In this document: in pieces, positions 10,197 through 18,793 of the stretch
Position numbering within the stretch: the first letter of the stretch is position 1
How the letters are laid out: the number at the start of each line of letters is the position of its first letter
IMG/VR virus record: IMGVR_UViG_3300025108_004223
Location: 62,763-126,762 of that record
From: a virus
Reading direction: 5' to 3' (one strand)
Length of the DNA: 64,000 bases
Notes under the pieces: model-generated
Seen by the model: only the letters and a program-made list of their open reading frames with translations
Databases searched by the model: none
What the model was told of the DNA's origin: nothing
Translations under genes and position numbers: made by a program

Positions 10197-10744
10197 TAAA
10201 CTGTTTTAAGTAAATCTAAAAATAGTTCTGCTCCATTAGACTGATTTTCTTCCCAAGTTTCTGGTGCATCTTTGTCTGCCATGTCGCTTGCATATTTAAT
10301 TATCGTAGTTGGCTTGTTAAACATCTTGCCAACTTTAGCAATTGCATAACCTTCCATGTCAACTAAGTGACTTCTTAATGCAGGTGGGTCTGTTACAAAA
10401 TTATCACCTGTGCTTAGAATTACTTTACTATCAGCGTTAAGTGTTATGTCACCTGCAATTTCTGTTGTTTCGTATGGTGTTAGTCCTAAATCAATAACTG
10501 GTCTACAATCCATATCACGTTGTCTTACTGCACCTACTTCTAATAGCTTGCCTGCTAAGTCTGGTGCTAATGCGCCTGCTGTTCCATAATTAATAATACG
10601 TTCACAGTCAGGTTGGTTAACAGCCAGTGTTGCTGAAACTGTTGCATTAATTTTACCAACGCCTGTATACCATACTTTAAATTTTTCAGGGTTAAGTTTA
10701 TTCTCTGGCAGTTCGCCTTTGAGTGCTACTAATACGTATATCAT
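10196..10744 (-). CDS. mtnN: 5'-methylthioadenosine/S-adenosylhomocysteine nucleosidase (PNP/UDP fold)
   Basis: TGVGKINA, INYGTAG, STGDNFV, VDMEGYAIA, KYASDMAD motifs. Confidence 0.85.
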   Translation of the reverse strand: MIYVLVALKGELPENKLNPEKFKVWYTGVGKINATVSATLAVNQPDCERIINYGTAGALAPDLAGKLLEVGAVRQRDMDCRPVIDLGLTPYETTEIAGDITLNADSKVILSTGDNFVTDPPALRSHLVDMEGYAIAKVGKMFNKPTTIIKYASDMADKDAPETWEENQSNGAELFLDLLKTV

Positions 10745-11418
10745 TTTATATCCTTTGTTTTATTTATTATATCTATAAATCTTCTAGCTATATCTTTTTG
10801 TTCTTTCGGCCCAGGGTGTTTGCCATCGTGGGCTCTATCAACATAGTTACGATGACAAAGAATATGGTCTATTAAATTTATGTCAGACGGCAATGGAAGT
10901 TCTTTTTCTTCTACCCCTAAATCTTGCAACATATGATAACTTTTTACTCCTATACTTTGACATGCATAATGTGTTAAACTTATCATCATGATAGTGTTCA
11001 TAATATTGTCATATGCATCTGTAACTTTGTTATACGCTTTCTCTAATTTTTTATTAGGACCATTTTTAGTCCTACCTTGTCCTGCATCTAATGTTTCTTC
11101 AAACTCTTGTTTTAATATAACATGTCTATCAGAATAACTCCATAAAAAACATACAATATCATTTTGCTTTATTTTAGGAAGCATGTGTTGAAATCGCCAT
11201 GCTATTTCTTTATTGCCTGATCCGGGTGTGCCAAAATTATAACATTCTTTATTGATGTTTTTAGCAACAAGTGTTGGCCATGCATACTTACTTGCATAAC
11301 TTTTGTATGGATCATATGTAGGAACTCGATATGGGACCTTGGGATCAGGCCATACTTTTATATCGTCTAATGCATATCCATATGTAAGACTATCACCAAA
11401 TGCATATAATTTACTCAT
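10741..11418 (-). CDS. SGNH/GDSL hydrolase-like protein
   Basis: AFGDSLTYG, NFGTPGSGN, DGKHPG. Confidence 0.65.
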   Translation of the reverse strand: MSKLYAFGDSLTYGYALDDIKVWPDPKVPYRVPTYDPYKSYASKYAWPTLVAKNINKECYNFGTPGSGNKEIAWRFQHMLPKIKQNDIVCFLWSYSDRHVILKQEFEETLDAGQGRTKNGPNKKLEKAYNKVTDAYDNIMNTIMMISLTHYACQSIGVKSYHMLQDLGVEEKELPLPSDINLIDHILCHRNYVDRAHDGKHPGPKEQKDIARRFIDIINKTKDIK

Positions 11419-12877
11419 CTAGTAGGTCTGGATCAATTGCACCTGTTGGTGGTGTCCATGGCTCGTCTAGTAAGTAAGCCATTTCAGGGAATGTCTTGCG
11501 GAAATCTGTCCCACGCATAGCATCAAGTTTATTAATATATTCACGGAACTCAGGTAAACGTCTGCTCCAGTCTTCGCTACGTGCAAAACTAATCATACCA
11601 CGTAAACGCTTAATACCGTAACTTGCGTTTTCCCATTGTTCTTTAGTTACTTTTCCTTTGTGCCATGTAGGAACACCTAGTTCCCAATTTTCTTTCCACC
11701 ATTCAATAAATTCTTCATACTTGGCTTCTGTTTTGTCTAAGAATTCGTCTGGTAGCACTTTAACATTTAAGTGTCCTGGCCAGTATACAAAGTGATAGTT
11801 AATACCACCTGCACCAAATGGCCACATATTTGTTTTATGTAATCCACTTTCTGCTAGTTTCCATTTAAGGAAATCTGGAATGTAATGAATGTTAAGAGCG
11901 TTAACGGCACATGCAATTGTAACTTCTACATTATTAGTTGTTTCAGTGTCTAAACGTTTAAACATTGCAAGTTGGTGATCCCATTCACTTGGGTAACGAA
12001 TATAGTCATTCATAGCACCAATGCTGTCAATACTGTAGTGGAAACGCACTTTCTTAAAGTGTGACCATAACTCTAACAATCTATCCGGTAGTTCAATTCC
12101 ATTTGAATTATAACGAACTTCCATTTCACTAGCATAACCCATTTCGATTACTTTGGCTAGGATTTCATAGTGTTCTTCAATAACTGTAGACTCACCACCT
12201 GCAAAGTATAGCTGACGCATGTATGGAATTTGTGCATAAAATTGATCCCAAAACTCTGGATTGTTTTTGTGCCAGTTATAACTTGCACCAAACTCTTTAC
12301 CTTTGTTTTCCCAAATCATAGTTTGTTTAAGACTCTCATTGGTAATCTGTGGATATAATTTGTTCCAGTCTTTTACCCAGCCTGAGCTATCATGTGGACT
12401 ACACATAACGCACCCCAACTGACATTTCGTTCCCATACGGATATCAATATATCTAAGTTTACTATCTGTTGATCCATCTTCGTATGTTTCCTTTACTAGC
12501 TCATCTACATCAATACCATTGTTCATCCAGTATTGTGTTTCCCATTGACGTTTTGATCTGTGGCCTGCCGCTTCTTCTTTAAAGCACTTTAAACAACTTG
12601 CAGGCTTCTCACCATCAAGCATCATCTTACGAACACTTCGCATATATGTGTTATTCCATGCTGTATTTAGATCTGTTGTGTTTAGGTTAGCAGGCTTGCC
12701 ATCTTCTGTTTTAACAATACCTACTCGTCCACCATGTTCTTTATCGTTTGTAGCACCAACACTACTTGCATTGGCTGTGCAACATACTCGCATACTCCCA
12801 TCTGGTCTTGTGCTTAAATGTATCCATGGTAGTATACAAAATGTTTCTGATGGGGTGGGTAGGTCGTGTTCGCTCAT
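11411..12877 (-). CDS. Radical SAM protein, N-terminal twitch-type domain
   Basis: FCILPW...RVCC...SCLKC, CQLGCVMC, FAGGES, YNSNG, YSIDS. Confidence 0.9.
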   Translation of the reverse strand: MSEHDLPTPSETFCILPWIHLSTRPDGSMRVCCTANASSVGATNDKEHGGRVGIVKTEDGKPANLNTTDLNTAWNNTYMRSVRKMMLDGEKPASCLKCFKEEAAGHRSKRQWETQYWMNNGIDVDELVKETYEDGSTDSKLRYIDIRMGTKCQLGCVMCSPHDSSGWVKDWNKLYPQITNESLKQTMIWENKGKEFGASYNWHKNNPEFWDQFYAQIPYMRQLYFAGGESTVIEEHYEILAKVIEMGYASEMEVRYNSNGIELPDRLLELWSHFKKVRFHYSIDSIGAMNDYIRYPSEWDHQLAMFKRLDTETTNNVEVTIACAVNALNIHYIPDFLKWKLAESGLHKTNMWPFGAGGINYHFVYWPGHLNVKVLPDEFLDKTEAKYEEFIEWWKENWELGVPTWHKGKVTKEQWENASYGIKRLRGMISFARSEDWSRRLPEFREYINKLDAMRGTDFRKTFPEMAYLLDEPWTPPTGAIDPDLLDE

Positions 12878-13555
12878 TTACATCTCCGGGATTTTACAAG
12901 TTGCGATGTAGACATCATTGTGCTTAATATTATTATTTATCTTGTTATAATCTAATTCAAAAGCATCACTTCTATCAAATCCCGCCCAAGAGGCAAATTC
13001 GTTTGTATTGTAAGGTTTAAATGTCAAACCTTTACGCATTGCAAAGTCTGTAATCTTAGAACTTTCTTGCCATAGTATCTCATACATTCTATTATAGTCT
13101 TTGTAGCCTGGTCTGTAATCTGGATAGTGACTTTCATCGAAGCACATAACTTCGCTCCACCAAGCAAAACTTTTTTGTGGTTCTCTATAAATTAAAACTA
13201 TTTTATCGCCTGGAAAGTTATTCCATATAAAATCTAAATTAAAATGTCTTGCAAAGAAATGGCTTTTAATAATACGATAGCCTTCTCCAGAGAATACATT
13301 GTTAATATCGTCTTGTAATTTATGTTTTGTTAAGTGGTTAAAGTCAACCCAGTCTTCGCCACAGCCCATGCCAGGCCCCCAATAGCTACCACGATGGCCA
13401 TTGTTAGCATCGTTTGGATTAAACGCTCTATGATATTGTGTTCTGTTTGGTGTTTCATCTGTGCGATCACAATGTAAAATGGAACGCATCTGTATATCGA
13501 TACCGCTCCATCTACTACCTGGAATTCCACAGAACCATATATTTGTATTATTCAT
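12878..13555 (-). CDS. Sulfotransferase-like / P-loop protein
   Basis: N-terminal CGIPGSRWSG resembles a 5'-PSB loop; later IIKSH and LIYREP resemble sulfotransferase blocks. Confidence 0.45.
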   Translation of the reverse strand: MNNTNIWFCGIPGSRWSGIDIQMRSILHCDRTDETPNRTQYHRAFNPNDANNGHRGSYWGPGMGCGEDWVDFNHLTKHKLQDDINNVFSGEGYRIIKSHFFARHFNLDFIWNNFPGDKIVLIYREPQKSFAWWSEVMCFDESHYPDYRPGYKDYNRMYEILWQESSKITDFAMRKGLTFKPYNTNEFASWAGFDRSDAFELDYNKINNNIKHNDVYIATCKIPEM

Positions 13556-13575
13556 TATATACCTTTCGGACTAGG

Positions 13576-13597
13576 AAAAGAGGACCTAAGTCCTCTT
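13576..13597 (-). terminator. Rho-independent terminator
   Basis: Minus strand AAGAGGAC-TTAG-GTCCTCTT then TT, downstream of the 13601 ORF. Confidence 0.65.
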
Positions 13598-13600
13598 ATA

Positions 13601-13888
13601 TTATTTAAAATATTTTCCTAGAAATCCACCTACTCCGTTTAATACATCTGATTTAACTAATTCAAAATCAATCTTAACTTGTATGTCTTTGATATCTTCT
13701 TTCATTATATGATTAACGACATCCTGTCCAGACTTTTCAATTCTTACAAGATCTTCTTTTGTCATAGTTACACTCTTACCATCTTGTAACTCTATGATGA
13801 TTTCAAGTATGTATTCGGCTGGCACATGATCTAGTGAAACCTGATCGAATATTATGTCAAACGATCTATCTTTACGCTCAATTGGCAT
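13601..13888 (-). CDS. Hypothetical protein
   Basis: Track gives GTG at 13915; ATG at 13888 preceded by AAGAGG is the likelier start; late motif ATAAATA at 13945-13951. Confidence 0.6.
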   Translation of the reverse strand: MPIERKDRSFDIIFDQVSLDHVPAEYILEIIIELQDGKSVTMTKEDLVRIEKSGQDVVNHIMKEDIKDIQVKIDFELVKSDVLNGVGGFLGKYFK

Positions 13889-13947
13889 TCCACTAATCCT
13901 CTTATGAAGTGACACTAATTACTCAAGTGGCTATGCCACTATACTAT

Positions 13948-14547
13948 TTATTCAGCGACAGGCTGTTTAGCTGGTCTGCCTCTGCGTGGCTTCAATGAAG
14001 GATCTAATTCATACGCTTGCGTCTTTAATGACTCTGCTTCTGCTAAGAATGATTCAGCTTGTGCAATCATACTCTTTGCAAGGTCACCATCTGCTAGTGC
14101 ATCTGCTTTAGCACCAATTTCTGGAATATCACTTATGTCACGTGCTGCAGGTTGGATTTGTGTATCATCTGGTGATACAACAGGTGCTCCATCAGTATCT
14201 TCTCTAATAATATCATTCAGTTCTTTTAAGTTAACTGATACACTATTATTAGGAGTCATTGCAACTTTATCTGTGGGGTATTTAATTAAACGCCCTGAAC
14301 TATGTAATGTTTGTAACATATTAGTTCCATCAGTAAATACTGTTCTTTCAGCATACTCATAAAAGTTTGCACTTGATTGTGCTCCGGGTGCCTCAACTGC
14401 TTTCATTAGATCATCATGCATCCAATCTGGGGCTGCATCTGTGTCTACGAGTAAACAGTGTGTTGGATCATCTGGTAATTCACGGAAGACTACAATACAC
14501 TTTTTCTGTGTATTAATAATCTGTCCTACGTGTTTTATATTTGCCAT
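13948..14547 (-). CDS. Hypothetical protein with basic C-terminal tail
   Basis: 199-aa ORF, AGGAG RBS, ends KPRRGRPAK (AT-hook-like RGRP). Confidence 0.65.
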   Translation of the reverse strand: MANIKHVGQIINTQKKCIVVFRELPDDPTHCLLVDTDAAPDWMHDDLMKAVEAPGAQSSANFYEYAERTVFTDGTNMLQTLHSSGRLIKYPTDKVAMTPNNSVSVNLKELNDIIREDTDGAPVVSPDDTQIQPAARDISDIPEIGAKADALADGDLAKSMIAQAESFLAEAESLKTQAYELDPSLKPRRGRPAKQPVAE

Positions 14548-14550
14548 AAT

Positions 14551-14781
14551 TTACTTCTCCTTAGAAGCTTTTGCCTCTTCTGGCTTTGCTTCTTCTTCTT
14601 CTGGTGTATTAGCCTTGACAAAGGCTACTAGTTTTTCAAAGCAAGTGCCAACTTGACCGGCTTCTGCTGCCTTGAATGCTCCACGTTGTGTAGCAAGATC
14701 AATAATATTGCAAGCCATTACGATGTCTGCAATTTGAATCTGTGCTGTCGCGGTAGAGTCTGGTGTATTTTCTTCGCTCAT
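14551..14781 (-). CDS. Hypothetical protein
   Basis: GAGGAG RBS; late motif ATAAATA at 14823-14829. Confidence 0.65.
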   Translation of the reverse strand: MSEENTPDSTATAQIQIADIVMACNIIDLATQRGAFKAAEAGQVGTCFEKLVAFVKANTPEEEEAKPEEAKASKEK

Positions 14782-14831
14782 TAGTTATTCTCCTCGAGTT
14801 AAAAATAATTATATACTATGTTTATTTATCC

Positions 14832-15125
14832 TTACTTTGAAGCAAGTTTATTTAACATAAGTTTTTTCTCAAATTTGTCTAAGTCTTTTAATTCCTCAAA
14901 CCAAACTTGAAATACCATATTGGACTTGTCGACGGGCCTAATATGATAGAACGCCGTTACTTCCGATGTTAACCCGTCCCAATCAATTGATGACTTAGGA
15001 TCATTCGCAACAAGTAAAACCCTGTTACGCATCATGTTAACGATGATGTCAGTGTCTCGCAAAAGTTGTAAATCACTTTCACTTAAACTTCCACTGTTCT
15101 TTACCAGCTTTAAATTACTGTTCAT
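14832..15125 (-). CDS. Hypothetical protein
   Basis: Likely start MNSNLK at 15125, overlapping the vWA gene end by 11 nt; longer track start overlaps too far. Confidence 0.55.
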   Translation of the reverse strand: MNSNLKLVKNSGSLSESDLQLLRDTDIIVNMMRNRVLLVANDPKSSIDWDGLTSEVTAFYHIRPVDKSNMVFQVWFEELKDLDKFEKKLMLNKLASK

Positions 15126-16329
15126 AATGAATAGTAACTCCAAATGGTGCTTCGATCTTTCGTTGTGGATCGCCATGTATAACATGTAGCACATCACAGT
15201 AATCTGGATTACCCCAACTACCCCATGGGTAGCCATCTGTAAACATTACCATTTGGTCTGGTTCAATTCCTTCTTGCTCCATGTAGTTATACACTACATC
15301 AAAGTCTGTTCCACCGCCACCTGTGATTTCATATTCATTCATTGAACGACCATCATCACTAGTAAAAGTTTCTGGAGCATATACATTTGTATCAAACTGT
15401 GCAATATGAATTTTATATGCACTGTATTGATCCATGATGCCTTGCACTTCACTAAGGAAGTCACGTAGCATATCTTTGCTAATACTTCCACTTGTATCTA
15501 GAAATACTGCAATATTTAATTCTTCATCTTTGTTCATACCTGGAAATAATACTTCACCTGAACGTTTACTTGGACGCATAAATGTAAAATCATTTTTAAG
15601 TGAACTTTCTAATTGTGTTCTCAGAACATCTCGCCAATCCATTTTAGGTGCAATAAGCTCACTAATCATACGCTTAACTGATTCTGGAACATCAGGTCCA
15701 GCACTTTGAGCCGCTTGTATTACAGCCTGTTTAATTTCATCTTGTAGTGCTTTCTTTTCTTCTTCTGACATTTGAACTTTAGTGCCGTCGGCCTCGCCAT
15801 CGCCTTCACCTTCACCAGATCCAACTTCCATATGAACGTCCATGCCACCTTCTTGGCCTTTGTTTTCTTCAATTAGTTTATCATAAATCTCAAATGAATT
15901 CAGTCCACGATACTTCCAATCCAAACACATTTGGCCGCCTGCTAAGTTTTCACTTTTAATTGGCTCGCCCACATGGTGTTCAACTAGTGTCATGTTAATG
16001 TTATAGTCTGCAGCCGCATTCCATGTCATTTTTTCACGATCACCTCTAGCACCCATGTGATCATATACCACATGCAATACTTCATGCCCAACTAAAAAGT
16101 CAAGTTCGGGATCTGACAAACGATCAATAAAAGTTGTGTTATATAAAAACCTACGACCGTCTGTTGCGGCAGTTGGAATATAACTAGTAGCATCTTCAAT
16201 TCGTAAACGAGTTGCTAGTTGTCCAAAGAAAGGCTTAGTAAGTAATAGTCTAACACGGCTCTGTGTGATACGTTCTATTGCAGTCTTTTGCATTTCTGTG
16301 ATCTCCGTTTTTTCGATAGTATCTAACAT
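15115..16329 (-). CDS. Metallopeptidase (HExxH) plus vWA domain protein (DUF2201-like)
   Basis: TAATDG, GHEVLHVV, LDTSGS (MIDAS), GGGGTDF, FTDG. Confidence 0.85.
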   Translation of the reverse strand: MLDTIEKTEITEMQKTAIERITQSRVRLLLTKPFFGQLATRLRIEDATSYIPTAATDGRRFLYNTTFIDRLSDPELDFLVGHEVLHVVYDHMGARGDREKMTWNAAADYNINMTLVEHHVGEPIKSENLAGGQMCLDWKYRGLNSFEIYDKLIEENKGQEGGMDVHMEVGSGEGEGDGEADGTKVQMSEEEKKALQDEIKQAVIQAAQSAGPDVPESVKRMISELIAPKMDWRDVLRTQLESSLKNDFTFMRPSKRSGEVLFPGMNKDEELNIAVFLDTSGSISKDMLRDFLSEVQGIMDQYSAYKIHIAQFDTNVYAPETFTSDDGRSMNEYEITGGGGTDFDVVYNYMEQEGIEPDQMVMFTDGYPWGSWGNPDYCDVLHVIHGDPQRKIEAPFGVTIHYEQ

Positions 16330-16338
16330 TATAGTAGT

Positions 16339-16367
16339 ATTATAGCATTTATGGTTATTATAGTCAA
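16339..16367 (-). promoter_or_regulatory. sigma70-type promoter
   Basis: TTGACT-N17-TATAAT; ATG 9 nt downstream with no RBS. Confidence 0.75.
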
Positions 16368-16374
16368 CCTTTAA

Positions 16375-16704
16375 TTAGATTGAAAGTTTAAAAAGCATAG
16401 CTTCTTCTGGGTTTTTAAAGTAAATTGCATGTGAATCATCTTGATTTGCATATTTTTTAATTACATAATCCTGTTGAAAACAATGTGTTCTGCACCATCT
16501 TGTAGCTTTATCTAATCTTCCTCTGATAGTAACTTCAGTTGCATCTTTACGCCATTTTGTTTTGTATTCAAATATATCTTGTGGAACAGCGTCTTTAAAA
16601 TCTAATCCGTATAAACGAATGTTTGTCCTTTCTCGAGGTGAGTAAAGGGAGAGGTCAACTATCTCTCCCTCCCTCAGCTTGGGCGTAATATAACTACTAC
16701 GCAT
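16375..16704 (-). CDS. Hypothetical protein
   Basis: Likely start ATG at 16704 overlapping the AAA stop; ends FKNPEEAMLFKL, similar to a motif in 34910. Confidence 0.5.
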   Translation of the reverse strand: MRSSYITPKLREGEIVDLSLYSPRERTNIRLYGLDFKDAVPQDIFEYKTKWRKDATEVTIRGRLDKATRWCRTHCFQQDYVIKKYANQDDSHAIYFKNPEEAMLFKLSI

Positions 16705-17833
16705 CAAGCACCAAACGTCCATACCTTGAGAAGTATTCCTCAAAACGTTCGATTTTGTCTTGCTTAGGCACTAGTTTGTATTGTTGCATTGCAACCCTAC
16801 TAGCCATGATAACCATTTCAGTTTCAAAGTTATCCATCATAAACCCAAGCATGTTTGAAAAACTCTTGTGATATTTGTCCATCTTACCGGACTTCTCACC
16901 AGCAATATTACGGTCACGTAGTTCGTAACACATTGAAGTTGCTAGTGCATATTTGGCACTAATTTCTGTTGACTGCATAGTTTTAACTTTGCCGTCTAGC
17001 ACTGCTACAGGATCTGGTAAGTCACCTGCAATCTTTCTATGTGCCATAAACTTAACTGCAACACCTTCGCCTACACAACCTGCAACTAAATCTGTTTGCA
17101 ATCCATCGCCTAAGTCATCTGCATCTTCAATAAGTTCTGAAGTAAATGTCCAAGCCCTTGGTGTAGCAAATCCTCTTGAACTTGATTGAGGATCAAAGTT
17201 ATAAAGATCGTTTTTAGCAAACGACAAGTAACCTACAACGTCTGCATCTATATCATGTTGCACTGCCCAATTCAACCAATCCTGGAAATCAACACGTAGT
17301 TCAAAGTGAACAAACCTGTTCTCAAGTGGCTTAGGCATTCTATACGTAACACCTTTATCTGTTTCACGATTACCTGCGGCAATCATTACAACGTTATCTG
17401 GTAGTTCGTATTGACCAATTCTACGATTTAAAATGAGCTGGTAACCTGCAGCTTGCACACTTGGTGCGGCAGAGTTCATCTCATCTAGGAACACAATAAC
17501 AGTATCGTATTGTGCGGCAACTTCTTTGCTAGGCAAATCAGCTGGTGGGAGCCACTTCATAACACCTGACTTTACATCAGGAACAGGATAACCACGTAAA
17601 TCAGTTGGCTCAAACAATGCAAGACGCATATCAATAACTAGAGTTGAACCTAGTTCGCCTGAGTCGCCAATGCCTTGCACTAGCTCTGATTTACCAATTC
17701 CTGGAGGACCCCATAAAAACACAGGGCGTTTCTTTTTAAACGCTCGTGTAATGAGGGTCTTTGCTTCACTAATCTTAACGGTACGAGTTTCAGTAATAGT
17801 TGACATTTTTTCTTCCTTATTTATAGTTGACAT
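16697..17833 (-). CDS. AAA+ ATPase (MoxR/AAA_5-like) paired with vWA protein
   Basis: Walker A GPPGIGKS, Walker B VFLDEMN, AAGN, NRFVH; second in-frame start at 17806. Confidence 0.9.
   Translation of the reverse strand: MSTINKEEKMSTITETRTVKISEAKTLITRAFKKKRPVFLWGPPGIGKSELVQGIGDSGELGSTLVIDMRLALFEPTDLRGYPVPDVKSGVMKWLPPADLPSKEVAAQYDTVIVFLDEMNSAAPSVQAAGYQLILNRRIGQYELPDNVVMIAAGNRETDKGVTYRMPKPLENRFVHFELRVDFQDWLNWAVQHDIDADVVGYLSFAKNDLYNFDPQSSSRGFATPRAWTFTSELIEDADDLGDGLQTDLVAGCVGEGVAVKFMAHRKIAGDLPDPVAVLDGKVKTMQSTEISAKYALATSMCYELRDRNIAGEKSGKMDKYHKSFSNMLGFMMDNFETEMVIMASRVAMQQYKLVPKQDKIERFEEYFSRYGRLVLDA
17818..17825 (-). promoter_or_regulatory. T4-type late promoter
   Basis: Exact TATAAATA upstream of AAGGAAG RBS and ATG 17806. 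Confidence 0.6.
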
Positions 17834-17839
17834 AATTAC

Positions 17840-17868
17840 ATGTTACAGTATTTAAATACAATTGTCAA
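17840..17868 (-). promoter_or_regulatory. sigma70-type promoter with palindromic spacer
   Basis: TTGACA-N17-TAACAT; spacer contains GTATTTAAATAC; ATG 17833 is 6 nt downstream. Confidence 0.6.
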
Positions 17869-17871
17869 GCC

Positions 17872-18024
17872 TTAATTGGCTATATAATGCATTAAATACC
17901 ACCATGTATACTCCTTGCTGTTTTCAACACCAAACATCCATAGGACGTCTATCCAACCCATTGCAAATACTAACAATATGCTGTATCCAAATAAATCCAT
18001 AATTGTATCTTTTAGATGTGTCAT
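17872..18024 (-). CDS. Small membrane protein (50 aa)
   Basis: Manual translation MTHLKDTIMDLFGYSILLVFAMGWIDVLWMFGVENSKEYTWWYLMHYIAN; purine-rich RBS; first gene after promoter 18062. Confidence 0.6.
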   Translation of the reverse strand: MTHLKDTIMDLFGYSILLVFAMGWIDVLWMFGVENSKEYTWWYLMHYIAN

Positions 18025-18061
18025 TTTTTTACCTTCTTTCTTATTTACTTACTATACTTAT

Positions 18062-18090
18062 AGTATACAGTAAGACGTCTTACTTGTCAA
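18062..18090 (-). promoter_or_regulatory. sigma70-type promoter with perfect 16-bp palindromic spacer
   Basis: TTGACA-AGTAAGACGTCTTACTG-TATACT. Confidence 0.8.
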
Positions 18091-18103
18091 CCTTTTAGGT
18101 CAT

Positions 18104-18130
18104 AAAAAAACCCTTGTTTACCAAGGGTTT
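18104..18130 (-). terminator. Rho-independent terminator
   Basis: Minus strand AAACCCTTG-GTAAA-CAAGGG-TTTTTTT. Confidence 0.75.
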
Positions 18131-18274
18131 ATAAGTTTTTTAATTATTTTTTATGTCTAGGTGGGTAATTAGTCGGCAACATATTACTTTTGCGACTCGG
18201 TTTTCTTGCAAACTTTCGCACTTTTTTCTTTTTTAAACATAATAATCGTTTAAGGCTAGTAAGCAACAATTATT

Positions 18275-18598
18275 CTAGTTATTAAATTTAGCAACTAACC
18301 TGGCTAAATCTTCCGGTGTTGCTAATCTACTTGGCTTTGTGGTAGGTTTATCATGCGTTTGTTTTTGTTGATTCTTCTTTAATTTAACTAAAAAAGATCC
18401 TGTATTATGTCTGTCTTGTTCAACTGCTACTGTTAATGGATTTCCATTAACCCAACCTTTTATTTCTTCTGACATTTTTCCATGTCCTGTGATTACAATA
18501 ATCTTTTTAAAGCCTTTTGCATATGATAATTCAACTGTATCATTAAATTGTTTCCATGCATCATGCACTTTTAGTCCATGTAAGTCTAGTTTTTTCAT
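18275..18598 (-). CDS. Smr (small MutS-related) domain protein
   Basis: LDLHGL...IIVITGHG...NTGSFLV. Confidence 0.8.
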   Translation of the reverse strand: MKKLDLHGLKVHDAWKQFNDTVELSYAKGFKKIIVITGHGKMSEEIKGWVNGNPLTVAVEQDRHNTGSFLVKLKKNQQKQTHDKPTTKPSRLATPEDLARLVAKFNN

Positions 18599-18789
18599 AT
18601 CTCTCTTTTTATTACGAATTCCATTCCGTGGGAATTCCCTACATACACACCGGTCTTTGTTCTTTTAAACCAAAGTGGAACACCGTTGAGTAAAACTCTT
18701 AATGAGTTTTTTGTTATGCTTACTATTGTTCCTTCAGCATTTGTTTCACTGTCTGTGCAATGAACATTAACTTTGTCGTCAATTTTCAT
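18595..18789 (-). CDS. Hypothetical protein
   Basis: 64-aa ORF overlapping neighbour start/stop. Confidence 0.55.
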   Translation of the reverse strand: MKIDDKVNVHCTDSETNAEGTIVSITKNSLRVLLNGVPLWFKRTKTGVYVGNSHGMEFVIKREI

Positions 18790-18793
18790 TTAG

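Noticed and set aside
18146-18271. Basic 41-codon TTG-start frame in the gap below the Smr gene
   Set aside because: No RBS, low complexity, no motif; cannot be told from chance.
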